Positions 11,372 through 23,444 of a stretch of DNA of 46,749 nucleotides are shown piece after piece. Origin of the DNA: Octopus bimaculoides (lineage: Eukaryota); the NCBI RefSeq assembly GCF_001194135.2, contig NC_068993.1:24382612-24429360 (forward strand). Reading direction: 5' to 3'. The position numbers and the translations under genes were made by a program. The notes below the pieces were generated by a model, which was given only the letters and a program-made list of their open reading frames with translations, made no database searches and was not told where the DNA came from. Within the stretch, counting starts at the first letter, position 1; the number at the start of each line of letters is the position of its first letter.

Positions 11372-11653
11372 GACATCTCAACGCTTCTAAACATCTCAAA
11401 CATCTTCTAAACTAAACATCTTCTAAACATTATATAATTTGTATACAATACTATAATAATATTATAATAAATTCATAGTGTCCACAATTCACTGTCTTCC
11501 TCCTAACGCCTCCTTTTTCACTACTGCCCTCCCCACCACCACCGCGGTCCCCTTAGGACCATCTCAACGCCCACTGGAGGGGCGGTAGTGCTTACTTTGA
11601 GAACCTATGATGTAGACCATTTTACCTTTGCCCATCCTGAAGACGTTGTCGTG

Positions 11654-11718
11654 TAACGTTTACCTCTCTCCCTCTCTTTCTCTCTCCCTCTCTTTCTCTC
11701 TCCCTCTCTTTCTCTCTC

Positions 11719-11757
<39 letters not shown>

Positions 11758-11787
11758 NNNNNNNNNNCTCCCTCTCTCTCTCTCTCC

Positions 11788-11841
<54 letters not shown>

Positions 11842-11842
11842 C
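11654..11842. repeat. (CT)n and (CTAT)n microsatellites
   Basis: Read directly; interrupted by a 10-N gap. Confidence 0.9.
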
Positions 11843-12223
11843 ACTCGTGCTCTCTTTCTTCTCTTTTCCCGCTTGCTATCTTTCTCCCTCTCCTCCGTGT
11901 TCTCTACATCTTCTTCAAAATAGGTTACTCCTTTTCATTCGCTCTTTATTAATTAATAACACTTATCTTTACTCTGCTCCCCCTTTTGCTCTCTTCCTAT
12001 AAATCACTTTCGGTTTAGGTGTGTTTTTTTTAAAATTATCTGCTTCACGTTCTAACAGTTTACCTTCCTAATTTCTATCTCTCTAAACACACGCGCGCAC
12101 AATTGTATTGGGTCTTTCATTATGGAAATGATCTTGTCGTAAGCATATATACATACACATACTGGAATTCTCAAGCACTGGATATTTGTGTATATGAGCT
12201 TCTGTGTAAGTATGTGTGTATGC

Positions 12224-12277
<54 letters not shown>

Positions 12278-12865
12278 GTGTATGCGTGTCGGTATGTACG
12301 TGTTTGACTGTATGTACAGGGAGGAAGAGAGCGAGGAGACGTGTATATATATATATATATATATATATAATTATAGACTGATTTTAAATTGGCATCAAAT
12401 ATTCATACAAATAACTTATATCCAGCTGTATGTATTTTGGTGTGTCTGTCTGAATGTTCATATATAAGTCAGAATTTTTATTCATATACNNNNNNNNNNN
12501 NNNNNNNNNNNNNNNNNNNNNNNNNNNNNNNNNNNNNNNNNNNNNNNNNNNNNNNNNNNNNNNNNNNNNNNNNNNNNNNNNNNNNNNNNNNNNNNNNNNN
12601 NNNNNNNNNNNNNNNNNNNNNNNNNNNNNNNNNNNNNNNNNNNNNNNNNNNNNNNNNNNNNNNNNNNNNNNNNNNNNNNNNNNNNNNNNNNNNNNNNNNN
12701 NNNNNNNNNNNNNNNNNNNNNNNNNNNNNNNNNNNNNNNNNNNNNNNNNNNNNNNNNNNNNNNNNNNNNNNNNNNNNNNNNNNNNNNNNNNNNNNNNNNN
12801 NNNNNNNNNNNNNNNNNNNNNNNNNNNNNNNNNNNNNNNNNNNNNNNNNNNNNNNNNNNNNNNNN

Positions 12866-12896
<31 letters not shown>

Positions 12897-15373
12897 TATA
12901 TACATATGTATGTATGTATATATATCCACACATACACATACATACGCTACATGTGTGTGTGTGTGTGTATGTGTGTGTTTGTGCGCGCATATATGTATAC
13001 ATACACGAACACGCATATATATAGATGGTGAGAAAGAAAGAAAAAAATGAGAAATTAAGAGAGAGAAAGATTTTGTTATACTGTATTGTAGATTACAAAG
13101 ATGTATTGCTGTTTTAAAATCTATTCTTAGATAGTTGTAAATATGTTGTCTTTATAAACAATATCTTCGTGAAAATAGGGATTAAACTGGTAAATACAGG
13201 AAAGAGATTATACCTAAATTTAGATTTGATTAAATAGGGCATTAATCTTCTGTTGGGTTTTCATTATCGGCTAAATGTCATTGCTTACAAACCTATTATT
13301 ACTAAAGGTTTAAATAAACTAGATAGGTTATTTACATTTGTATCACTTTTTGAGACGTTAATTTGTGTATTAAATTCTATAGTGTTAAGCAATATTTACC
13401 TTCAGTGTTATACTAACTACTGTAGACATCTATATCTATTTCATGTAGAGCGTATGTCATTAAAACAATACATATATAAATGGTTTTGCTAAATAGTACA
13501 TAGTTATATTCGTACTTAACCAAAGTACAATAGTTATTTATTAATTAAACCTGTTTACTACTAGAAAGGCATAATATTTCCAAATGCATCTATGGAATTT
13601 ACTTAAGACATTAGTAAACGTGAATTTATAAGCAGTGATACCGTTTCCATTTGGTGAAGTCCAACACAGCTCTGAGCCAGTTGGAATTCTACTAGACCAG
13701 TTTTTCTCAATAGAAGTTCATATGAACCCTGTGGGTCTGTAAAATATTTCTGGGGGTCCACGGTAGTAATATAATAAATTAGCGAACCACGTATTAAATA
13801 ACAATTTTATCATGATCTATCAGTAAGATCCTAAGTAGGTTTATAAAGCATACTTCCCTTCAGATTCGTCAAATAATGTGTAGATATTAGTTAACCCAAA
13901 TTTACGACTAACTGCTATAAAAGGTTCAACAATATAAGCAGTGGTGATATAGCTTTGATAAGAATAGGATGGTGTAGAATTCCTCTCCCACCACCAGCAT
14001 TGTATTGATATTGGATTGATTAAATGTGCATAATTAATGCGTTGCAGTATTTTGAGGTATACCATTCCATTTGAGACGTTTATAGTCGATTAAATCATGA
14101 ATAAATCTACATTTTTCTGAGTTTTTCTCTAATACTCGTTGAATTTATACTAAATTTATACTAAATTTACACTGAATTTATACTAAATTCGTTCCGTATT
14201 TAAAGTTCGGATCTTTAAATTGGACTGGTCGCGGAAAGTGAACTAACAAACTACTTGAATTACTGTGGAATTCAGTGGAAAATTTAGTTAGTGGATTCGA
14301 TCTCTACAGAATGCTTATAAAGTATTCTCCTAAATCCTTTAAACTCTTCTTCCTTCATTATATATGATTGTGCATTTGTGTATGTACACACACATCCACA
14401 CAATATATATATTTATATATATGCATACATGCATACATGAATACACACATATTCATATACACACGCGCACAGACATATACTTATATGTTGTTTACACATT
14501 TGGTGACGTTCTGTACCAATATATGCATATATATATATATATATATCTATACATACATACATACATACATACATACATACTTATATATATATATATATAT
14601 ATANNNNNNNNNNNNNNNNNNNNNNNNNNNNNNNNNNNNNNNNNNNNNNNNNNNNNNNNNNNNNNNNNNNNNNNNNNNNNNNNNNNNNNNNNNNNNNNNN
14701 NNNNNNNNNNNNNNNNNNNNNNNNNNNNNNNNNNNNNNNNNNNNNNNNNNNNNNNNNNNNNNNNNNNNNNNNNNNNNNNNNNNNNNNNNNNNNNNNNNNN
14801 NNNNNNNNNNNNNNNNNNNNNNNNNNNNNNNNNNNNNNNNNNNNNNNNNNNNNNNNNNNNNNNNNNNNNNNNNNNNNNNNNNNNNNNNNNNNNNNNNNNN
14901 NNNNNNNNNNNNNNNNNNNNNNNNNNNNNNNNNNNNNNNNNNNNNNNNNNNNNNNNNNNNNNNNNNNNNNNNNNNNNNNNNNNNNNNNNNNNNNNNNNNN
15001 NNNNNNNNNNNNNNNNNNNNNNNNNNNNNNNNNNNNNNNNNNNNNNNNNNNNNNNNNNNNNNNNNNNNNNNNNNNNNNNNNNNNNNNNNNNNNNNNNNNN
15101 NNNNNNNNNNNNNNNNNNNNNNNNNNNNNNNNNNNNNNNNNNNNNNNNNNNNNNNNNNNNNNNNNNNNNNNNNNNNNNNNNNNNNNNNNNNNNNNNNNNN
15201 NNNNNNNNNNNNNNNNNNNNNNNNNNNNNNNNNNNNNNNNNNNNNNNNNNNNNNNNNNNNNNNNNNNNNNNNNNNNNNNNNNNNNNNNNNNNNNNNNNNN
15301 NNNNNNNNNNNNNNNNNNNNNNNNNNNNNNATATATGTATGTATGTATGTATGTATGTATATATATATATATA

Positions 15374-16817
15374 CCCATATTCTCCTAGCGTGCCATATTT
15401 GGCACAAATTGGATGCTTCATTTGCATGTCCCTAGCCTGTATTGTGCAATATTCCTTTAATGATTTATTACTATTTTGTAGACTGCTATGTTAGCATTTA
15501 AATTTCGTAATCAATTTGATTAATACCAAGCTGTTTTAGCGTATAGAAATTGCTTCACTTTCGAGGTACAGAGTTTTGAAGGAAGATTCTTGGGATGTCT
15601 AATAAAAGGTATTTTTGCATTTTACTTTTATGGAAACAGTTTTGTTTTTAGTGACAGTCACGTGTGTGTGTTATATTTAGCTTTGATAAAATTCTTGCAC
15701 AAGGTAACTGTAGCAGCAGCGTGTACATATCAACGTGCCATATATGTCACGGTAAGAGAATGAGAGTACATTTTCATATAAAACCTGTTTTATTGTAGGT
15801 TTTTAGATTTGAACACGGTATTAGATATTCTTGAAAATGATGCAGATGCTGTGACAACGGATATTTTCATAGAGCGTCCAGGCGTTAGAACACTAACTGA
15901 TAAAGATTCAGAAAGTGAAGGAGAATGCTTAATAGAAAATTTTTCAAGAAAGCAACTTAGTGCCACTGCACAAGTTTATGTACGAACAAGTGATCAAGGA
16001 GATGTTGAAGTTGAATCTACATCCCTAACTGCCACTTCTCACCCAACAACGTCTTCTGATCCATCTGGTAGTCGGAATACGAAAAATATCTACACCAAAG
16101 TCATCATATGTTTGCTCCAAAAACCCAAGCTTTAAATCGCAATCTATGTTTCGCCGCGGAAGTTATTCCGCATACAGGTACTTTTCTCAGTAGAACTTTG
16201 TGAGTTGTTTTTTGACGAAGAGCTACTTAATCACATTATCAGTGAAAGTACAAAATATTCGCTGTATAGAAAGTGGCAAGATACAAGTGTGACTAAAGAA
16301 GAGTTATACGTATTTTTTGCTATTTTGATAGCATCAGGCTTTAATCCTTTGCCAAGTAGAGCACACTACTAGGAGGCCAGTGACGACTTGAGAAATGAAG
16401 TTGTGTTTGAAGCTATGAGAAAGGATCGATTTGATTTAATCATGAAATGCTAACATTTTCGAGACAACGAAAGCTTCAACACAAGTGATAAATATAAAAA
16501 GTTAAGACCACTAATTACACATTTGCAAGAAAAATGTTTGCAACATTTTATAACAACTCGGCATATTTCGCACGATGAAGCGATGATCAAGTACTTTGGA
16601 AAACATGGTTGCAAACAATGCATAAAATACAATCCAATAAGATTCGGATATAAGTTTTGCTGACAAAATTCTTCTATTGGATATCTAATTGCCTTTGATC
16701 TCTATCAGGAAAAAAACATACCAAGAGAATAAGTCAGCTGGAACGAATTATGGCAAGTATGCTACGTGAGTACTGCATTTTCCTGAACAATATCGGGAAA
16801 AAAGGGAATTAACTTGT

Positions 16818-16875
<58 letters not shown>

Positions 16876-17839
16876 GACAATCTATTTATGTCAATACCCC
16901 TATTTGAAAGGTTAGTCAGTTTATGTTATAACGCTACTGGAATTGTAAGAAGAAATCGGCATGGAAACGGTGTCCGCTATTGTCTGTCACTTCTGTTAAA
17001 AAGCAAGAATGGGGATATACGGAGGTATACTCAGTTGAAAATAAACAAGAAAAGACGACTCTCAGTATTATTCAATGGCTAAGCTAATGCTACTCCCAGC
17101 ACAATCAAACGCTACAATAGTTTCATGAGGGGCACTGATCTTATGAATCAGAACATGAATGCATATCATGTAAGTATAAGCAGAAAGTGGTGGTTTAGCA
17201 TTTTTACTCGGTTGCTAGACACCGCTTTTCAAAATGCTTAGTAAATTCATAAAACATGTGCATCAAGTTTGAGTCAGCTTGAGTTTAAACAGGAAATAGC
17301 TATGCCCGATTTGAACAGATTTCAATTTAAGCCCAAAGGACGTGGAAGAAAACCAAGCAGACTGACTGGAGGAATCGATATGCGTTTCGATGGTCAAGAT
17401 CATTTGGTTGAAAAAACCGCTAATGGCAAAATACGAAGATGCATGGAAGACAACTCTGTAGCTAGAACTTTAATGCAATGCTACAAGCGCAACGTAGGAC
17501 TATGCTCATCATGTTTTGCATCACACCACACAAAATAAGCTAATGCTGGTATAAAAACAAACTCTATGCTGTATGTACCTGTCACCCTATATGACAGAGT
17601 GATAAAACAACGATTTGTGCCAAAGATGTTGGTATGTGATCGTATTGTGAACATTTCGTTTTATTCGTTTATTGAATACAAATTACTTAAATTGTACTCG
17701 TATTCTACTAGCGTGCCATATATGGCACACACATTCTTTCAAAAACGAAACAACTTTTCTCGGTCATATTTTCTATAAAGTTCTATTAAGTTTCGTTCAA
17801 ATTGGATAGAACAAACATTAGAATTCAGGAGAATATGGG
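15374..17839 (+). mobile_element. piggyBac DNA transposon, end-to-end fossil
   Basis: Perfect 13-bp terminal inverted repeats CCCATATTCTCCT (15374-15386) and AGGAGAATATGGG (17827-17839), the right one followed by TTAA; encloses a disrupted transposase. Confidence 0.92.
15809..17538 (+). pseudogene. piggyBac transposase pseudogene (PGBD-like DDD domain plus C-terminal Cys-rich domain)
   Basis: N-terminal IFIERP..LTDKDSE; ELFFDEELLNHII; KLRPLITHLQEK; ISHDEAMIKYFGKHGCKQ; DNLFMS; GTDLMNQ; KWWFSIF; C-terminal RRC..QC..NVGLCSSCFASHH. Several stops, frameshifts and a (TA)n(TG)n tract at ~16820-16872. Confidence 0.9.
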
Positions 17840-19215
17840 TTAAATGAATGTATAAATCCTATTAGGGGCAAATCTGAGGACAGTAGGCTAAAAACTTTTG
17901 TATGTACAATCTGTTTGTCGGAAATGCTCTGCAATGTTATTGCCTTATGTAGGGATCGTTATATCACACAGGATATATTGAGAAATAATTAACGAAAACA
18001 TCAAGCACGGCAAGTCGATGATTTAGAGACTGGACAATCACAAACTAATTTATCTATATTTGGTCGCCTTACCTGCGAAATGTTCAAGGGAATCGATTCT
18101 AGGAACCATCTCACACGTATACATTGATAAAAAAGAATCTCATTCTTAAAGTCGTTCTCCGTTTTTTTAACTGTTCATACATTTCGAAGTACATTTATGT
18201 ACGACACGTCTTTGTAATTAGGTATGATGTGTTGAGTAAATAAGACTAATTATGTAACAACAATTACGAAACAGAGAAGAGAAAGTCTTAACCCAAATGA
18301 ATAATATTATGTTAATCGAACTTTGGTAAGTACAATACTGAAATTTTTTGATCTCACTAGACATTCTGGGAGAAGTACAGGGTTCTTTGTACTTGCCAAA
18401 TTAGTGACACTAAGATTGCTAATATGGACGAAAATATGTCAAAAATTATGTCAACAAAATAGGAAACTACCCTGAGACGCTATCAATGACCTCAAGCAAT
18501 ATTTTGCATTATACATACATACATACATACATACATACATGCATACATACATAATTTATATATGTATATGTATATAGATGGGTATGTGTGTGTGTGTGTG
18601 TGTACACACACACACACACACACTCAGCATAATGAGTGCTTGATTATTTATTTATTCGCAGCCTCAGATCACTACCAGATAAAATCAGTTTTTAAAAAAT
18701 CTCTATTTGTATATTTCAGCTGTTACATCCAGCAATATATCCAGGAAGAAAACTGTGTTGTATACCACATGCACATATAGGAAAAGATACCTGTATGCAA
18801 AGGTGGATCGATAGAAAGACAGACGGAGAAAGAGAGATGTTTTACACTAAGTTTCTTGTCTAGGATATCCACAGCTGAAATCGATTCGTACTATTTGCAT
18901 AACAAACTAGAATTTATACAATACGTGACTGCAAACACACACTGGAAATTTGACTATTCAGTAAATTGGTATGATCTAATTCCTTGTGCGATGTCAAAAG
19001 TCAATATAGTGACATCAAACCATCCCTTGGAACTTTAAGTGTACCTGCTTCTTAGCTTCTACTTACTCGACAATGATCTCACTGCTCAGTCAGGTTTTTG
19101 TGAGCATATGTGCAATATTAGTGCGCATATTCTTCATGGATTTTGTATTTAGACATACGTAAGTACATATATATGCACACATTCATACATATATACATTC
19201 ACACACAAATACCCA

Positions 19216-19249
<34 letters not shown>

Positions 19250-19254
<5 letters not shown>

Positions 19255-19486
19255 GAAATTATATATAAGCATGTGCATGTATACATACACATATATGCAC
19301 ATACCTACATCTACATGCATATATAGATGCATATCCGGGTACAGGACGTTATNNNNNNNNNNNNNNNNNNNNNNNNNNNNNNNNNGTCTTTAACGTTTCG
19401 AGCCTACGCTCTTCCACAGAAAGGAACACAGAAAGAAACAAGGAGTGAAAATAAAGAATGTATAGTGGCTAGCGATCTGTCATGGC

Positions 19487-19521
<35 letters not shown>

Positions 19522-19620
19522 GAAATTATATATAAGCATGTGCATGTATACATACACATATATGCACATACCTACATCTACATGCATATATAGATGCATA
19601 TCCGGGTACAGGACGTTATA
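19250..19620. repeat. ~105-bp identical duplication (about 19250-19352 and 19518-19619) around a gap
   Basis: aatagaaattatatataagcatgtgcatg...ccgggtacaggacgttat occurs twice, each time after (TA)n. Confidence 0.85.
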
Positions 19621-20081
19621 AAATTGAACGGGGACATAAAAACAAAACGAGCTTTGTTTACAGAACGAACACATAGGAAAACAAACAAGCCACTTATGGA
19701 ATTATTCCTTCATCAGCTGCCTCTTCTAAAACTAGGCGTTTCAAAGATAATGCAGGACGCACTCTTAGAATAGTTTCTTCCTGAGTAGTGGACTAACCCA
19801 GTAAACAGAGGATTCCAAGGTAGCAAACACAAACCAAGAAGGAAAAATTGGACAGTGAAACCAACATTAAAAAACCGTAGGGCCAAACGCGATGGGATAT
19901 TGAATGCTGTAGATATGACGAATCTGAACGGAGAATATCATGGCAATATTCTTCGGTAATAGGTTGTTTAATAACACAGTTTCATAATACTGATCAACAT
20001 ATAAATGCTATACTTTTCATTTACAATTGGTAAACATGCTAGTAGTTATATTCAATAACTAACATAATTTTAATAAACCAT

Positions 20082-20387
20082 TTGCTGTTGTTGTTTGTTC
20101 CTTCTCGAGACATGCCTGGCTCATAAGGGCCGGTTCTCCAGTTTGGCGTATAGGTTCCCCACCTGGACGGGACGCCGGTCGGTCGCAGGTGAGCTGTTAA
20201 ATGCAGGAGGAAAGAGTGAGAGAAAGTTGTGGCGAAAGAGTCAGCAAAAGTTCATAATTACCTTCTGCCGGAGCCGCGTGGAGCTCAGGTGTTTCACTCA
20301 TAAACACACACATCATTCAGTCTGAGATTCGAACCCGCGATCCCTCAACCGGGTGTCCATTGTTCTAACCACTTGGTCATGTGCCTC
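20082..20387 (-). mobile_element. tRNA-derived SINE with a V-domain-like central motif
   Basis: Head GAGGCACATGACCAAGTGGTTAGAAC...GGGTTCGAATC; central CTGCGACCGACCGGCGTCCCGTCCAGGT; (AAC)-like tail. Confidence 0.75.
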
Positions 20388-20822
20388 GACACTTTATACT
20401 GTAGATGATTATTATTTAAATGCAAGTTATGCTGCCCGAGAGCGTATAACACCCGTTTCATTCATCCACTCATTATGTTATTTATTTGTCTGCAGAAGAT
20501 ATCGTGTGGATATGTTTGGTTTGGCCAATAACATTTTATCCAAGAATGGCAAAGTATCGGTGGATATACTGTCTGGATATCTTTGCCTTTAGCAAAGTCA
20601 AAATTTGTGTAGTTTGAATGTTAAAATAACATGTTTATTAGCTTCCCACGTTTTATTCTATTATCAGGCTCATATTATACATGCATGCAAGTTTCTTCTA
20701 CATTTACATTACTTGCTTTCTTTCAATGTCAAAATTCGTAAGAGACAACTATATCCACCAAATTTAATCGCGATCGTCGAGTAAAACTTTCAATTTCAGG
20801 CATTATCTTTTATTTTTTTTCT

Positions 20823-21041
20823 TACTTCAGTCATAAGAATGCTGCCATGCTGGGACACGGCCTTGCACAATTTTTTTAGTTGAATTTATTGACCCCAAGG
20901 GCTTATTTATTTTATTCCCAGTATATATTTTATCGGTCACTTTCGCCGAACTAATAAGTTACGGGGAAGTAAACACACTAGCATCAGTTGTCAAGTGGTG
21001 TGTGTGGGAGAGGGCAAACAGAGACAGAAATACACACACAC

Positions 21042-21079
<38 letters not shown>

Positions 21080-21237
21080 GACGGGCTTCCCTCAGTTTCC
21101 GTCTACCAAATCCACTCAGAAAGCTTTGGTTGGCGCGAGGCTATAGTAATAGATACTTGCCCAAGTTACCACTTAGTGGGACTGAACCCGGAACATGTGG
21201 TTGGGAACCAAGCTTCTTCCCACACATCCACGCCTGC
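20823..21237 (-). mobile_element. Composite tRNA-derived SINE (OK-like), full length
   Basis: Reverse-complement match to 2908-3275, with an internal (TA)n/(CA)n tract. Confidence 0.85.
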
Positions 21238-23289
21238 AAAGTTATTTAAATAAATTTTATGATGACAGAACATGGTGGATATATTTTCCACTCAATGTGA
21301 TTTTAATAAATTTTCGTTCACATATACTTTTCTAGCAATCAATTTCAATTCTGTTATATGTTTGTTTTAGTTATGTTTTAGTTATATGTTCCATATGGGT
21401 TTCACTCAACCTGAAGATGACTATTATTCTGATGAAAATGGGATTGCTGAAGAGGTAATGCCATGTGCTTCAGACATTATGCCACTAATCCACGAAAGAA
21501 ATTTCCAACAAGATTTCGCATTCTTCGTTGTTGCACAAATGTTTGTTTTCTCTCAGACTGGAATTATACCGATGAATAAATCAATTGGATAATTTTAGCT
21601 TAATATGATGAATTGGAGACATATAAATGCGATTAGAGATAAACAATAGAGTCACTATCAAAATAAATGGCCAGTCTCAAACGAAATTAAATACGAGAAA
21701 AAAATTGATTTCACGAACACTTATGTAGGAAATATGTTTCTAGATGATATACGTTTCAAAAGCAAAGCAAGAGTACATATTGCTAAACTTATATATGTGA
21801 ATATCTATATATATGTGAATATCTATGTATGCAAATATAGATAGATACAAAGTATAGGAGTTTAGTTCAAAGGTGATGTAAACGATTAGGTACGCTAGGT
21901 AAGTGCTGTAACGCATAAGTAGGGCTTCGAGGTTATAGCCAAGACGGTAGTTATGGAGCCATTGCAAATTTCCGATGCAGCGAATATAAAATTGTTAAAG
22001 AGGACAACAAACGTTAAGGTAAGGCAAATATCTCAAGTCATATACATCATTATTATTATTGGGAAAAAATACAGTCTTACAGCTGTTTCTGGGATATCCC
22101 CGAATATGGATATTCCGTCATCAGAGATAAGTAGGGAAAATAAGAAGGGCATATATTAATGAAACGATGACACAAAGGAAGGTAGTAAAGAATAAGGAGA
22201 TGAAGAGAGAGAAGAAAAAAGATGCATAAAAGTTCATAGTTCAACTTTCCGATGTTGTAGAAACAAGTCCTTAGGTGCAAACCTGCGTAGATCCATATGG
22301 GTTAAAATCCTGATATTGTAAACATCCAGAGAAAAAAGACGCGGACATATCAATGTTCAATATCAGAAAGGTAGCGGAGGAGACTATTAAGTGGTAAAAG
22401 GAAAGATTCCCATAATTTGTTGGTCATCAGGCATCATTACAAGAAAAGTGTGTTAAAAAAGCGATGAGACGAGATTTGAAGAGGTGCAAATAAGTAATCA
22501 CATAAAAATGAGCGGTGAGAGAATTTGTGTTTGTGTGTGTCTGCGTCTTTAATTTTTGTACATAATTTGTCAAGATTCTTTCTAGAAGAAGGGTGATGGA
22601 TGATTGCAAGGAAACCATAAATGCATTGTTGGAATTTCGATGACAACAATGATAACTATGTGTAACACGATTCTTGACCTTGGGTAGCAACTGTTGTTTT
22701 TCATTTGCTTATCCCTAGAAAGTATGGAAAATGGTTAACATTTCCTTTAAACGTTGCTATTGTTACCTTTATTCAAACCCAAAAGAATTCCTCTCAACAC
22801 GTGGCTATGATGCTCCCCCACTACTCCTGTTTACCATCACATATTGCCAGTACTAAATGACATGCTCAAGCAACTGACAAACAAATCTGTGGTATTGAGA
22901 AGAATAGTTGCTACAACGATATTTCTGCTTCAGCAACTCAGCGCTGAATATGGCTGAAATATTATGGAAAATAGGACAGTGGAGCACTGGGATCGATCTA
23001 ATCGACTATCTCCACCCCACCCCCCGATTTTGCTAGCCTTCTAAAAAAATGTGATGCCAGACTAAAGGAGAATCGCTGGAAATGCGGTAGGAAATTAGAT
23101 ACCGTTTGATCGATATTTCTAGACTTTATATTTACTAACCACACCCAAAACTAAAGGTTGAAGCATCGGTAAACTGATATCTCAGATAGAAAGAGAGTGA
23201 AAGGATTTTAGCAATCTTGTAACAGATTGTGAACAATCTTAAAACTTATCGCAAGTATAGAGTATATCATTTAATATTTGGAGGTCTTT

Positions 23290-23430
23290 CTTATCTATGT
23301 TCGGATCGCAGCTATGTCACCTTGGTCTTCCACCCTTTTTCAGTCGATAAAATAAAGTATTAATCAAGTACTGGTGTCGTTATTATCGACTGACGCTTCT
23401 CCTCCAAACTGCTGGTCTAGTATCTCAGTT
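23290..23430 (+). mobile_element. Degenerate partial SINE (family of 33390)
   Basis: ccttttcagtcgataaaataaagtatta..agtactggtgtcg..atcgact resembles the core of 33390-33552 and 39964-40170. Confidence 0.5.
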
Positions 23431-23444
23431 AAAAGTAATATATT

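Noticed and set aside
13854-13952. Possible minus-strand exon (YITTAYIVEPFIAVSRKFGLTNIYTLFDESEG, donor GAA|GTATGC)
   Set aside because: Plausible, but its phase does not join the 10505-10561 candidate, so it is not listed as a feature.
18720-18802. Plus-strand acceptor tttgtatatttcAG with open frames
   Set aside because: Several frames are open, the donor is weak and there are no linked exons.
21381-21453. Possible plus-strand exon YMFHMGFTQPEDDYYSDENGIAEE with GAG|GTAATG
   Set aside because: Isolated, unrecognised, and not on the strand of the main candidates.
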